In this document: one piece after another, positions 28,511 to 41,588 of the stretch
Layout of the letters: each line of letters starts with the position of its first letter
How positions within the stretch are numbered: the stretch's first letter is position 1
DNA from: the human T2T-CHM13v2.0 reference genome, Homo sapiens
Assembly: GCF_009914755.1 (NCBI RefSeq)
Contig: NC_060937.1
Reading direction: 5' to 3' (one strand)
Length of the DNA: 64,000 nt
The notes under the pieces: model-generated
Databases searched by the model: none
Seen by the model: only the letters and a program-made list of their open reading frames with translations
Told to the model about the DNA's origin: nothing
Program-made: the position numbers and the translations under genes

Positions 28511-29019
28511 TGTCAGAGGACAAAATTACAACAAATTGATTAAAGATCTCCATTGACTTTATTGTGATTCTAGAATTCTATTCTATGAAATAGAGTAAGT
28601 GTTCCAATGTGTTGACCAGAAGAGATTGGCTTTATAGACAAAGAAGGCCTGAAGAAAGCAGAAATAAACAACAAAAAATGGATCGGTCATTTCAAAGTTA
28701 CTTTCCTTGTAAGGTGGGGATAGGGAGACAGGATAATAGAAAAATAACTGATTGGTTAATGTCAGATTACTTCAGGTTAAGCATTAAAAGAGAGGAAACT
28801 TCATTATCATGTCCATTGAAGATTGAAACTGATCTGTTTGGGAAATTGGCTGTTACCTCTCTCTCCTGATTTTTCTGAAGGTCAGACAAAATTTAATTTA
28901 GGTTTCATGATGTAGAACTTTGGCATGGGTGACTCCATTTTGACTTTTAATCTGTTCTATTGGGGCCTAGTGCAGGAGTTTAGTTCAAAACAATGTTTTC
29001 CTATAACTTGTATTCAACA
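28511..29019 (-). mobile_element. ERV1 solo LTR, MER67/MER31-type
   Basis: Reverse complement begins tgttgaat...ctcctgcactaggcccca...caaaatggagtcacccatg; TG...CA termini; TSD not readable. Confidence 0.8.
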
Positions 29020-29320
29020 GTGTTCAGTGGAGCCAGGACATCTCTTCTACTACGTTGTTATTAGAACATTTTTGAATTAGTGGAATCTAGGAGTAAAGAG
29101 AGTTCTGCTGTAACATGTCTTCTTTGGTTATGAAGTTGCTTTCTTGGCCCTTTCAATTATGGAGTCCCCAAGTCCAAGTTTTATTAGGCTTGGAAGATGG
29201 TAGTCACACCCGCGCAGAATTTTTAAATTACGGGCTCGAATACTTCAATGCACTAAAAATTGTGCTTTCTCGGAGCCAGCGAACACATGAGTTATTTCTG
29301 TTTTAACTGTAAAATGATAA

Positions 29321-30030
29321 TGTAAGGACAAATTCAAATTAAAAATAAGAGGCTTAATTCTCCCGTTGAAAAATAAGAGAAAAGATTTCCCTCTTTTCTA
29401 TTTTCTTTGAGCATTTACTTTAGAAAACTTGTAACTGTACATACTTTCTCCTCTGTTTGAAATGTGTATAAATCATTTTGAAGACTATATTGGTATATTG
29501 TCAGCTTTTTGACCTGAGAATGTCTTTCTCATGGACCTGGGAGCCGTCTCTTTAAAATGTAAACATCAAGGGAGATAGCACCCCTACCCATTTCTGTGGA
29601 AGGGTAGAATCCTAACTTGGAGGTGAATGGGGCATCTTACTCCAAGTTACAAAACTACCTTCTGTCATAAAGATATGAGAAGTTCCTTTTTTCTCTGGAT
29701 GAAGTCAATTAGCTAACCCAGATGGCCACTTTAATTATCAGGTAAAGTTAGAACAAGCTATGTGTGACAAATGGTGCTGTCAAGTTCTGTTACTTGAGGA
29801 CTAGTTATTGTTTATCTTGACAACATGCATGCAATGGTTTTTTGTCTGCTTGGCTGTATAGAAGGTGACATTTTGTTCTGTCTTTGCAGTCTCTTAGTGG
29901 ATTGCCTGTGATGCACGTCACAATCTGCTTTAATGCATATTCAATAATAAAACTGTTTTCTTTCTGTACTATTTTCATGGAGAGGATTTATGAACTGGGA
30001 GATTTTGCTTTTAATTAGATTTCTCCAACA
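29321..30030 (+). mobile_element. ERV1 (MER4-group) solo LTR, subfamily uncertain (LTR51/LTR48-like)
   Basis: tgtaagg...ctccaaca termini; 'caataataaaactgttttc' poly(A) signal; ~710 bp. Confidence 0.72.
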
Positions 30031-30304
30031 TTTGTTTATGATACATATCCAAATTACTGATATGTTTTGGTTCTCTAAAATCCGCTTTCAAACATTCATG
30101 CATGATTCATTTCCATTGGATTGTTTAACTGACTTTTTGCTCCCAAAAGTAGACTTAGTGTTTGAAGACTGGATTCTTTCTTTCTGAGAGATAATTCTGA
30201 TCACTGTATTCTTGGTATAATTAATTTTTGGTTCTTTTAAAATATTATGCCTATTTGCTGAAAATAATCACTAAATAATTGAGGGCCCTATTAAAGGGTG
30301 TTCT

Positions 30305-30720
30305 GTAGGTATACATGTTAATGCCACAACAAACTATCACAGACTAGATGGTTTACATAACAGAAATATATTTTCTCATAGATCTGCAGGTTAGAAGTCC
30401 AAAATTAAGGTGTCAGTAGGGTTGTTTTTTTCTGAGCATTCTCTCCTTGGTTTGTAGATGGCTGCCTTCTCTGTGTTGTCTCATGGTCTTCCCTCTGAGC
30501 ATGTCTGTGTCTTAATCTGTATCTGAATTAGTCATAAAATATGACTAATGTTCTTTTCACAAGAGCATTAGTATTAGAGCCATATTGTATTAGGGCCTAC
30601 CATAATGACCTCATTTTATCTCAATTACCTCTTTAAAGTCCCTGTCTCCAAAGAGTCACATTCTGAGGTACTGGGAGTTAAGACTTCAACATAGGAATTT
30701 TTGGCAGACATAGTTTAGTG
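30305..30720 (-). mobile_element. MLT1B-type MaLR LTR
   Basis: 'gaagtccaaaattaaggtgtcag...aatgacctcatttta...ttacctctttaaag...gtcacattctgaggtactgggagttaagacttcaacat'. Confidence 0.82.
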
Positions 30721-32399
30721 TTTATCTATTCAAGTTGTTATTTAAATATGTGCAAAAGTAGTTTCATCAAAATGCCCTAAACCACAGAATGCAACTGTCA
30801 CTTAAACTAGTTTTTATGAGATTAGAATTCAGCAATCTACTTGTCTTAGTCACTAGAACCAGTATCTCCAAAATGATGCCCTATATTTTGTTTCTTGTTT
30901 GTTTCTAAGAATATAGAATTGTTTTAGAATAACAATATGTATTGCTGACTAGTTCCTTCAAAGAAAGAACAAACTGTTTTATGGAAAATGTGCCCCAAAT
31001 CTTAAAATTGAACTTCAGTAATCTGAAAGTATTCCCAAGTCTCTTTTCTGGCCTCAAGTTGGTAGAGTAAATTTCCTCTTAAACATAAATAAAAATGAAT
31101 AAAATGTCTTTATGGTCAGCTCCACCCTAAATGACACACATGCAACATTTGCCCCCAAAATGGTACTTATGACCATTAATTAAAATTCAATTCTCTCTAT
31201 GTTCACTATTGCATGTATGAGGGAAGAGATAACATATGTCCACATTTTCTGACCTTTGCATATACTTGCATTTATTAAGAGATTAGTGCCTCCCCCAAGC
31301 ACACTTTGGTGACCCACAAAGTAACTTGCCACCAGACCTGAGCCTTGGAAGGAGAAGAAGGAAGAAATGTTAAAAGGTGGACATATTTTCTCCTTAGACA
31401 TTATATTTGTCTCCTTCTATTAGATTTATTTTTGGCACATAGAAGAGCACATCCATATGGGGAACATTTTAAAATTGCTTGTGAAGAACAGGCATATTTC
31501 CAAGAGGAAATGTAACCTTCCCTTCATCTGGCATATCAGATCAATGCACTGTAAAAGATCATGTTCAGTTACCTCATTTTTTTTGGATTAGAATTAATGG
31601 CTCATTAGTCTTGATCATATCAATATTATAACACCACTTACATTTGATAGAAAAGGGAAGAAGGCTGATGGAGTGCACTTATTCCCTTTTACTCTTAGAG
31701 AGTAGATTGTGTGCCAGCCTCAGGGAAACCAGCAGGATCACGGAGGTGGCCCTTTTCAAATGGGCCATTTAGGGTAAATGTGGACTCTTTTGTATGAGGC
31801 TGTTGGAAGAAGAGTTAAAAGGTTCTCAAGGTTTGGGTCACTTGGGACATATATCAGTGTCTCCACCCCTTACTTTGGGCAGCTGGCCAGAGTGGGGGAA
31901 CCAGACACCCTCAGCCTTTCTTTGGCCACATGTTGGACCATATGTTGGAAACTGGAAAAATAGACATTAAGAATCTCTTGAACATCTCTCCAATGAGGAA
32001 TTCCATCTACAAAAAAGCATATATTTATTCAGGGCTCAGAGAGAGATGCGGATGTACTCTTTTGAAATAAAAATAAGAAATATTGCCAGGTACAAGATAA
32101 CATTATTTAAGATTTATCCCCGCTCCCATCCCTAAATTTTGCCAAAAAGAAACAGTAATCAAATGGACTCTCAAATTAAAGCAAAAGAAAGCAAACCAAA
32201 AACTAACTTTATGGAAGGAAACACTAGACTAGGAGCCAAGGACTCTAGCTGCATTGTTGATGGCCATTATCTCATCTTGTGGCTGTGGGTAGTGAGTACT
32301 CCTTAGTTTTTGTCTGCACAGCACCTTTTTCTCTTGGGAGCTGCCAGCCAGCCATACACATGCCTTACTGAGCTGTGAATCTATAGGATATGAGTTAAT

Positions 32400-32675
32400 A
32401 CCTTATCTCTTTGGCCACAGGGGTTGGCTTAAAGATGAATGACCTTCATGCCAATTTAGTCTAATTAATGACCCTGGGATTTTGCTGGGACTATCGGGAA
32501 ACTGGCACTTGCTTTCCACTGGGTTTATGAATTGAAATGATAATCTAAATTGGTAGCTGCTGGTCTTCATCTTTGCCACATAAAGGCAACCCCAAGAAAG
32601 GCAGCCTGAGAAATGCCCAGAGAGAAGCAGAGCTGGATGACACATATTTGAATCTTTGGCTCCTCATGGAGCCTC
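32400..32675 (+). mobile_element. Old MaLR LTR fragment (MLT1K/L-like)
   Basis: 'tggccacag...ccctgggattttgctgggact...gcctgagaaatg...gaagcagagct'. Confidence 0.55.
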
Positions 32676-32677
32676 TT

Positions 32678-32684
32678 ACACACA

Positions 32685-32746
<62 letters not shown>
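32678..32746. repeat. Compound (CA)n(GA)n microsatellite
   Basis: Directly visible. Confidence 0.97.
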
Positions 32747-32749
<3 letters not shown>

Positions 32750-32884
32750 CCCAGGCCTGGTGGTACAGTGGGAGGATCACTTGGAGCCCGGTGTTTGAGG
32801 CTGCAGTAAGCTACTGTGCCACTGTACTGTAGCCTGGGCAACAGAGGAAGACCCCCCCCAACTCAAAAAATAAAAATAAAAAAG
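32746..32884 (+). mobile_element. Alu right-arm fragment (J/FRAM-like)
   Basis: 'gggaggatcacttg...gaggctgcagtaagc...gcctgggcaacagag' + A-rich tail. Confidence 0.8.
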
Positions 32885-33196
32885 AAGTGACCTATATAAA
32901 TATTCTTTTCTCTCTTAACCCTTGGAGAAGCTCACAAAATTTTACTAAGCTAATTTTTAAACGGAATTCAGTGTCACTGGAAAAGTCATTTTGATAGCTT
33001 TGAAAGTATGGCATCACTCTGCAAAACAGGCTCAAAAGAACAGTAGTACTTAGCTATTGTAGTACTTGAAAGCTGTTTACTAGCACACTTAGCATCCCTT
33101 CATGATATGCAAGTGTGGACTATGAAATGAGGATAATAATAATCAGAGTGGAGGAAAAAAGGCTTGAGTAAGTAGGACCAGTTTTAAAACTCATAG

Positions 33197-33528
<332 letters not shown>

Positions 33529-33942
33529 AAGACTTACTGTTGTGTATTGCCCCGTGAGCACTTTGCCTGAGGTTTTGGGAAAATGGCCTTGCTTTAGTTG
33601 TGGGGTCTCTAATGTATTATCAGGAGCCAGAGGGAGAAAGATAATCTATCTTCTAATGCAGAAGTGACTTAGGAAATCCCTAATGGGTAAGTTCATCTCT
33701 TAACTATTTTCGAACATGTTTTCCAGTGCTAATTTATAAAAGTAGACTCTGGTTTGAGTGCCTCTGCAGAAAATATCACAGATGAAGCACCTGAGCAGTG
33801 AATGGATATTTGTGCATTATAAACTTTCTGTGGCTTTGTGGAAGCAAGCAGACATAAAAAGAAAAGTGACCACGTTCAATTCCCAACACACATCTGGCAG
33901 GCTTCCTCTTCATAAGCAGAGAATGAATTCATCCAACAGGTT

Positions 33943-34112
33943 AATGGCTCTTCAACTTTGATGTGCGTGAGAATCACCTGGAGAGTTTATTAAATTACCC
34001 ATTCCTAGGACCCTCCTCAGAAATACTGGTTCAGCCAATCTGGAGCAGAGTTTAGGAATCTGATTTCCATGTAAGGGGTTCACAAGCAGGGTTGGTTCCC
34101 TAACACCACTGC
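33943..34112. mobile_element. MER5-type element
   Basis: 'gagaatcacctggagagtttattaaa...ggaatctg...accactg'. Confidence 0.6.
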
Positions 34113-34769
34113 TCTAAGTGCTGTGGCGAGAGTATAAATTCCTCAATGACAATCAGTTAGTCACAATGTCCAGATGAGGGCCAGCGGAACATACAGGTGA
34201 ACCACATAATGGCAAAAACCCAAAGACCAGAAAGGGCTATTGCTCAGGAATACACAGCCTCGGGAATTTTAGGTTACCATGGGCTCGAGTTGAACATGAA
34301 AGAGCTGTAGGCCAGATTTAAAAAGTAACCTGGACTTTAAAAGAAGTCAAATCTGATCCAACCTTTCTATTTTTTTTTTTTTTCAGAAAAGAAAAAGGAG
34401 ATGCATAGAGGTTAAATAACTGGCCTATGGCCACTCAGCTAAGAGTTGAAGGGCAAGGACTGGAAGCAGAGTCTTCTAACTGTATCCAAGCCACTTGAGC
34501 CTATAAGCAGCCCTTTCAGGTTGCCCTGGAGACAATGGCAGAAGGTACACAGAGCGACATCCTATTAAAGAGACATGGGAAAAGATGGCTAAATATTGAT
34601 ACTGTTTTTAGATTTGAGTTTACAAAGCAGAGGAGATATGTCAATAATTTTCAGTGATATGCAGATAGTGTTCCACCCGGAAGAAAGGGATTCCATTGTA
34701 TATGTTTTCATCACTGACTTTGATACACATAGATGATATATTAACTAACAATTATTAAATGCCATTAGC

Positions 34770-34965
34770 TTTTTACATGAATAAACTTCTCTCATCTTCT
34801 CAAAAAAAGGACTCTACGAGAGAGAGTATTATCCTTAATTTATAGATGCAAAAACTGAGATACAGGACTAAGAAGCTTGTCGAAGTTTGCACAGCCAGTA
34901 ATGGCAGAAGTGTGGATGCAAGTAAAGGCTCTTTGCCTTCCCAGCCCTCTCTAAACCACCACTCT
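34770..34965 (-). mobile_element. MIR SINE
   Basis: 'attatccttaatttatagatgcaaaaactgaga...cacagccagtaatggcagaag'. Confidence 0.6.
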
Positions 34966-35537
34966 ATACAGAAGCTTATAAATCTACATAGAATCACTCC
35001 ATGCTTGTAGGAGTGGCCAAATTCTTAAATGACAGGATGAAGATTTTGAAAAAGTTCTGTTAGTTCTGTTAGAAACTAATGATGTAACTTAATAGGTATA
35101 AATGTACATTTCTACATTTAAGTTAAAAAAAATCAGCTGCACACATATCAGGATGCTAGTAAGACCTGACTTAAACACCAATCCTACGAAAGTCTTAGGG
35201 GTTTCCTCTGACTTTGCACTCCTATGAACATGTAATGAAAAGTGGCTGACAAAAGCTTGTGTAATCTTAGGCATAAGCCAGGACAAGGTAGATAAAGGTC
35301 CCACTGCATTTTAGATATGTTAGATCTAGACCGGAGTTAACTGGACAATAAAATGAATCTGTTTTGTTTTTTAATAAAAGAGAACAACAAGTTGAGTTCA
35401 GAAGTGGAGGTCTTTCATGTGGTAGAGATTTGTGAATTTTGGTGGCTCAGTATCTACTGTCTCAATTCTCTGTGTCTCTCTCTCTCTTTTCTTCTTCTTT
35501 CTCTTGATAACAGCACCATATTTTCTTATGTGTAGGA

Positions 35538-35777
35538 CATGAGACAAGTGTCCCACACCAGATTTTACTGCACACACTCTTTCTCTCTTCTACTGTTGCT
35601 TTCCAATCAGTGTCTCCTGAGCCTGGTTTGCTATTCATATAGATTTACTGGGTGGAAAATCCGGAGTGCTCATAAGCTGCTTCACTTGTCAGCCACTAAG
35701 AGCCCTCTCAGCCAACAAAAATGCAGGTGGCTGTGTTCTGACCAGGTCTGTTGTTCTTCAACATGAAATCAAAACCC
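35538..35777 (+). repeat. Local direct duplication, copy A (240 bp)
   Basis: Ungapped alignment to 36901-37140 (offset 1363), 28 mismatches in 240 by hand count. Confidence 0.95.
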
Positions 35778-36900
35778 ACCCTCACTGCATCTTGGTCGTC
35801 CTGATGGAACTTGTAGTGTCCTTGTGCCTCATCTTCCATTCCTGCCCCTTAGCCAAGGTGCAAGTCCATGGTCCAAACTGGCCATACTTTATCTTTTTGG
35901 GGATTTTATTTTATTTTTGAACAGAGTGATACATGACAAAAAGTGGTTGGAGCAGAATGATTCTGATATTGGCATCTGCAGGAGACTGTGCACTCCTCAC
36001 CAAGATTTCTGTACACCTCTACCTTGGTTCCTGTGCCTTTTGAGGCTGAAAGCCCAATCTGAACCCAGGTACTTTTGCATAGATCACTCTTTATGAGCTA
36101 TCAGCCCATTTATCCAAATGACATTAACACTCATCATGAAGTCTCACAAATATTGGCTTCTACTTTTGCTTCTTCTCATCCTCATCATCCTCTTTCTCTT
36201 CCTCTTTCTTCTTTAGAGAAGTGCTAGGTTCCAGACTTGTGTATAGAGGTGAATATAAATATGGAAAGCAATTTCTTCCTAGTAAATTTAATAACATGAA
36301 ATTGTGTTTCTGAACTGTTTCAGATACAAGAGGTCATGTGTCTGGCCCCAGGTGGGTGATGGATTGATCAAGAAAAGACTAACTCGTGTACTAATTGAGG
36401 AAAGAAAGAAACAATTTCCAGGGCTGACATAGAATTCTGCATAAAAAAAATCCCACCCTAATTGAAAAGAAATAACCAAGAAAAAGAGGTAAAATTACAA
36501 AAAGAGAAAGGGTAAGAGAGCAATGATGACAATGAGGATGACTAAAAGTGTGTTTTTAGTTTGTCAACCACTGTCACAGATTTCCTTTCTTGCTCCTTGT
36601 GAACTCTTTAAGGTCCCTGTTTTCTAGGCTAGCATCCACAGGGCTGGACAATTCGACTTGCTCAAAGCCCTAGAGCCATGAGATTTACATGGCTAAATCA
36701 CCCACTCACACCTTCCTATCCTCCACCATATTTTCCTGCCAAGCCCTTTCCTTTTCCCACCTTTCAACCTTTCTGACTGTGACTCTCTGTTAAAATAAAA
36801 CTATTTTAGAAATCTCCCAGCTTCCTCTTTCTTTCCTTCTTTGAACAAGCACTGTGCCTCTCATTTTGTTTAGAACCAATTATAAAACTCATCTTTCACT

Positions 36901-37140
36901 CATGAGACTTGTGTCCTACACCAGATTATACTGCACACACTCTTTCTCTCTTCTAGTTTTGCTTTCCAATCAGTGTCTCCTGGGCCTGGTTTGCTACCCT
37001 TGTAGAATTAGTGGGCGGAAAATCTGGAGTGCTCATAAGCTGCACCACTCGTCAGTCACTAAGAGCCCTCTCAGCCAACCAAAATGCAGGCGGCTGTGTT
37101 CTGACCGGGTCTGTGGTTCTCCAACACAAAATCCAAACAC
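36901..37140 (+). repeat. Local direct duplication, copy B (240 bp) with CCAAT, GC-box and RUNX-like motifs
   Basis: Paralog of 35538-35777; CCAAT 36966-36970, GGGCGG 37013-37018, TGTGGTT 37112-37118. Confidence 0.95.
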
Positions 37141-39680
37141 CGTGATACTGTGCCCCTGTGACTGAGCTTTTAGGGGCTGAAAGAAAGGAAATGTTTATTA
37201 GTAGTAGCTAGAGATGTTTCTGAAGGCAAAAGGCCTAAGCAAAGAGATGGTGTTCTGAGTGGAGTTTGTATTAAGTCCCTGATTCCTGCTGTGAACAGTG
37301 AAATGTGGTTGTTTTATAAATTAGCCACATTTGAATTCTAAATCACTACAGGTGCAGCAGAGCCTTTGATATAAGACTAAGCTTATTTTTCAACCAATGA
37401 AATAATTGCTCAACATTGGTGTGTTGGTTGATGGGGGAAGGGAAAGTCAGCTTTTTGAAAAACTATACCTGCAACCCAGATAATATTCTAAATACCTGAC
37501 AGTACAAAATAATGGTATTGATAAGATGAATAAATCTGATCCTGGCTATTTTATGTCAAATGGGTAGAAGACAAATTTTCATGCAAGTATGCAGAAAAGT
37601 AATAAACCTGCTTAAGGAACAAATTTAATGGTTTCTAAGACTATATATTTCTAATAATTGTTTATATTTTTAATGTAATACTACTATTCCTAGCAAGAAG
37701 CTCGTTTCAAGTTGTGGAGAGATTGGAATAAAACTGAAGAATCAGAATTTTCTAGAAGGCAGTTTCAAGGCAATTCAATATGACTAGATGCATTTCCTAT
37801 CATGTTTAATTCTTCTTTGTCTCAAAGATTTTTTTTTTTGTAATTAACCATGGACAGTCTTCAGTAGCTAGCTCTCCCCTGTCCTCCCTCATGAATGTGG
37901 GAGGTGAGAAGGGAGGGGTAGGTTTTAGAGGATTTTTTTTCCCTTTAAATTATTTTTTGGCTTCTTACTAAAGGCATGTCCACAATTCACATTCATACAT
38001 TTTAGGTCTAATTGAAGATGTTAAAAACATCAAGCCTTAACCTGATGGTATTTTCAAAAATCCCATGACTGTTTAGGAGCAGTCAGCAGAGAGTTGTTAA
38101 GAGAAGCTAAATGAGGCATCAGGCAATCAAGATAATCATTTCTGGGTTTTCTTTGGTTCATGAGAAATTAATTTGGATTCACCTAGTTGTACTATCACAC
38201 CTTCCAATTCAAATCACCTCTCCCGGCCCTACAACTAAAAGTAAAAAAGTAAGCTTTACAAATCAAGCTGGAAGTCTATTGGCAAGCCTTTGTGGAAAAC
38301 TCCTGCTGCCATTGAATAGGTTCTGCCTCTTCTGGGGATATTTAAAACCCTCTGTGTCCAGGATTGCCAAGTCAGCACTTTCCAGGAGCACTTAGAAATG
38401 AGGCATCCCCACCTCTCCATCAACGACAGCCAAAAGCCCAAGCTACTAGTAACAGCATAAGGGGGAGCAAGGGGGAACTTTAGAAAGGGTCTCAGGAAAT
38501 ACTTTCCCAGAGCAAGTCAATACAAATGTGAGGTTGTCTTTCAGAGTGAGCGGTGAAGTCCCTTCTTTGGAATTCTGCCTACTTGCACTCTTAATACTGC
38601 TACTGCTCTTTCGCCTCTGCACGTTGATCAAGCACCACTCCTGCTTTAGGCTCCTGTGGAACACGCTTAGACCAAGTGTCTGCAAGATGAAGCACTCTGA
38701 AATGTTCTGCAGGAAACAGCCCCACGCTGACAGGGAGAGAGGAATGGATGGTCTCCTTCTCAAGTCGCTGGTTCTATTATAAATTAGATGCCTACTTAAA
38801 AAATGAGCCAAGTATAAATAATTTAAAACAAACCAAAGGCCTTTATTACCACCATTGTACCCAGGCTTTTGAAGATGACTCGTCTACCCTGGTACATTTA
38901 TGGATGCTTGTTCTACTTTGCTCTCCTCTATTTCTCTCATAAGGACCTGCCTACTATTAAAAACAAACAAACAAAACATAACAAAAAGAATGAAAGAAAA
39001 ACACCTAGTACTGTCTTCAGTCTAATTTCACTTACAAGTCCCAGGCTCCAAGGCAGCCAGGGTTTATTCTGGAAACAGTCCACATATGCATCTAACATAC
39101 GTCTGTCTCCCCTTTACTCCCCAAAGGGATGGGAGATCTCAGGGCAAGCCACCAGGAATTTCCTGGGAAGCATTTAGAGTTGAGTATTCATTGGTCCAGC
39201 TCTTCCCATCCAGCTTTGTCACTTATGCCAGCTCTGGAAGTGCTGCAACTTTGTCTATCTCCTTTCCTTTTTTTTTTTTTTTTTGTAGTGATGACCACAC
39301 CCCTCTTTACCCTATTGCTGATATTTCATTATTTAACTGCTTAAATTGTTATTGTTTTCCGACAAAATGATCTGACTCCTATAGAAACAAAATGCAAAGA
39401 TAGTTTTTCAGTGGGAGAAAAGGAATCCAATAGAAAATTAGTAAAAACTGCAGCAATACAACTCTCTCTAATATATAAAAATATTCCAGAAGCTTAAATG
39501 AGAAAGTAAGAATGGAAAACTGGAAGTAAGAATGTGAAAGTTTATAAGGCTGCTGCTTTTGTAAGGAAGAAAAGAGAGGGATAGGGTGGGTAAATTTGAG
39601 AGCTCTGACTGAGGCAAAATACTCTTAGTTCCCAAACTCAGCTGCACATTATACCACTTGGGGTCTTTATTACAAATTCA

Positions 39681-39978
<298 letters not shown>

Positions 39979-40160
39979 ATCAGGTTTCATAGATTTACAC
40001 TGGGAATTCTATACGGAGAATTCTACATCATAAGATCTGGGTAGAAGCTTAATAATAGGCACTTTGGGAAAACCTGCTCTAAGAAGCAATAATGTTAGCT
40101 TGGTTGTTACTTGAACTGTAGCTACTAACCTTCTGAAATAAGTTAGATCAGACAAGATTA

Positions 40161-40475
40161 GTCTATTAGTCCATTCTTACACTGCTATAAAGAACAATCT
40201 GAGATTGGGTAATTAATAAAGAAAAGAGGTTTAATTGACTCACAGTTCCACAACCTGTGGCATGGCTGGGGAGGCCTCAGGAAACTTACAATCATGGTGG
40301 AAGGGTGAATGGGAAGCAAGCATGTCTTCACACGGTGGCAGAGGAGAGAAAGAGAGAGAGAGAGAGAAAGGGGGAAGTACTACACACTTTCAAACAACCA
40401 GATCTCTTGAGAACTCAGTCACTATAATGAGAACAGCAAGGGGGAAATCCCACCTCCATGGTCCAACCCCCTCCA
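40161..40475 (-). mobile_element. THE1D/MSTA-type MaLR LTR, truncated
   Basis: 'aagaaaagaggtttaattgactcacagttc...ggaggcctcaggaaacttacaatcatgg...caaacaaccagatctc'. Confidence 0.88.
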
Positions 40476-40487
40476 GCAAGAATACAG

Positions 40488-40734
40488 AGGCTGCAGTTAT
40501 CATGGCTCACTGCAGCCTTGACCTCCTGGGCTTAATTGATCCTCCCCAGTCAGCCTCCCAAATAGCTGGGACTACAGGTGTGCAACACCATGCCTGGCTA
40601 ATTTATGTATGTTTTGTAGAGACGGTTTTTCATTATGTTGTCCAGGCTGGTCTGGAACACCTGGGCTCAAGCAATCCTCCTGCCTCAGCCTCCCAAAGTG
40701 CTAGGATTACAGATGTGAGCCATGGTACCCAGCC
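40488..40734 (-). mobile_element. AluJ lacking its 3' end and tail, abutting the LTR
   Basis: 'atcatggctcactgcagccttgacctcctgggct...ctgggctcaagcaatcctcc'. Confidence 0.88.
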
Positions 40735-40952
40735 TTAATTTCTTTGTAAAAGTCCTAAAGAAAATAGAGAGTAGCATTGTATTTATTTGCTAAAAGAGAG
40801 TCAATTTTGGGAGCCCCATTACCAATATGAGGCTCTCCCTACAAACCCCGAATGTCAGTTTTTGTAACATGAGTGCCTGAAGAATCTTAATCTCTTAGCC
40901 AAGATGAAATCTTAGCCAACATGGAAAACAAAACAGATGACATCCTTCTAGG

Positions 40953-41588
40953 ATAGAATATCTCAAACTTTTTGAGGATCCCTTATCATTCTCAAGAATT
41001 ATTGAGGACCCAAAAGAGCTTTTGTTTTGTTTTGGTTTTTGGATGGTTTGGATGGGTTATTTCTATTGACATTAACCACATTTTCAGTTAAAACTGAGAA
41101 TTTAAAAAATATTTTAATTCACTTAAATATAACACAATTAATTCATTACATGGTAGCATAAATTTTTTTTTGAAAAGTAACTGTATTTTCCAAAAGAATT
41201 TGTAAAGAGCAGCCTTGTTTTACATTTTTGCCAGTCTTTGAAAAGTGTCTAGCTTTACAAATGATGGTTGGATTTCCATATCTGTGTCTACATTCAGTGT
41301 GTTGCAAGATGTCCTTTTGTTTGTTTTTTGAAATAAAGTCTTGCTGTGCTGCCCAGGTTGGAGTTGAACTCCTGGGCTCAAGCGATCCTGCTGCCTCAGC
41401 TTCCTGAATAGCTGGGACTCACTGTGGGTGTGCACCACCACACATGGTTTGGAAGATGTCCTTTTGACTGAAGCGTGTAAAGAAAATCTTGCTTCACATT
41501 GATACATAGTTGGAAAACGAAAGAGCTTGTGGGTCTCAGGAAAGGATCTCAGGGGCCTGGGTTCCATGGACTATGCTTTGAGAACTGA
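40953..41588 (-). mobile_element. Charlie1 (1b-like) hAT fossil carrying a transposase C-terminal dimerisation-domain remnant
   Basis: ORF 41220-41567(-) includes FPTMYQCEARFS...NTLNVDTDMEIQ, like the Charlie/Buster PFPTTYLCEAGFS...RNRLNAEADMRIQ motif; ctcaaactttt / tttgagaac termini. Confidence 0.82.
41320..41450 (-). mobile_element. FLAM (free left Alu monomer) inside Charlie1, with TSD
   Basis: TSD aagatgtccttttg at 41306-41319 and 41453-41466; single monomer. Confidence 0.85.

Noticed and set aside
35539-37165. Paralogous Cys-rich ORFs (75 aa and 103 aa) sharing an ATG at the start of the duplicated block, resembling a small secreted-peptide pair
   Set aside because: The 28 substitutions fall 12/10/6 at codon positions 1/2/3 and are mostly non-synonymous. 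No frame shows clear third-position bias, so there is no coding signature.
40235-40738. Longest ORF (167 aa)
   Set aside because: Entirely antisense MaLR LTR plus antisense Alu sequence
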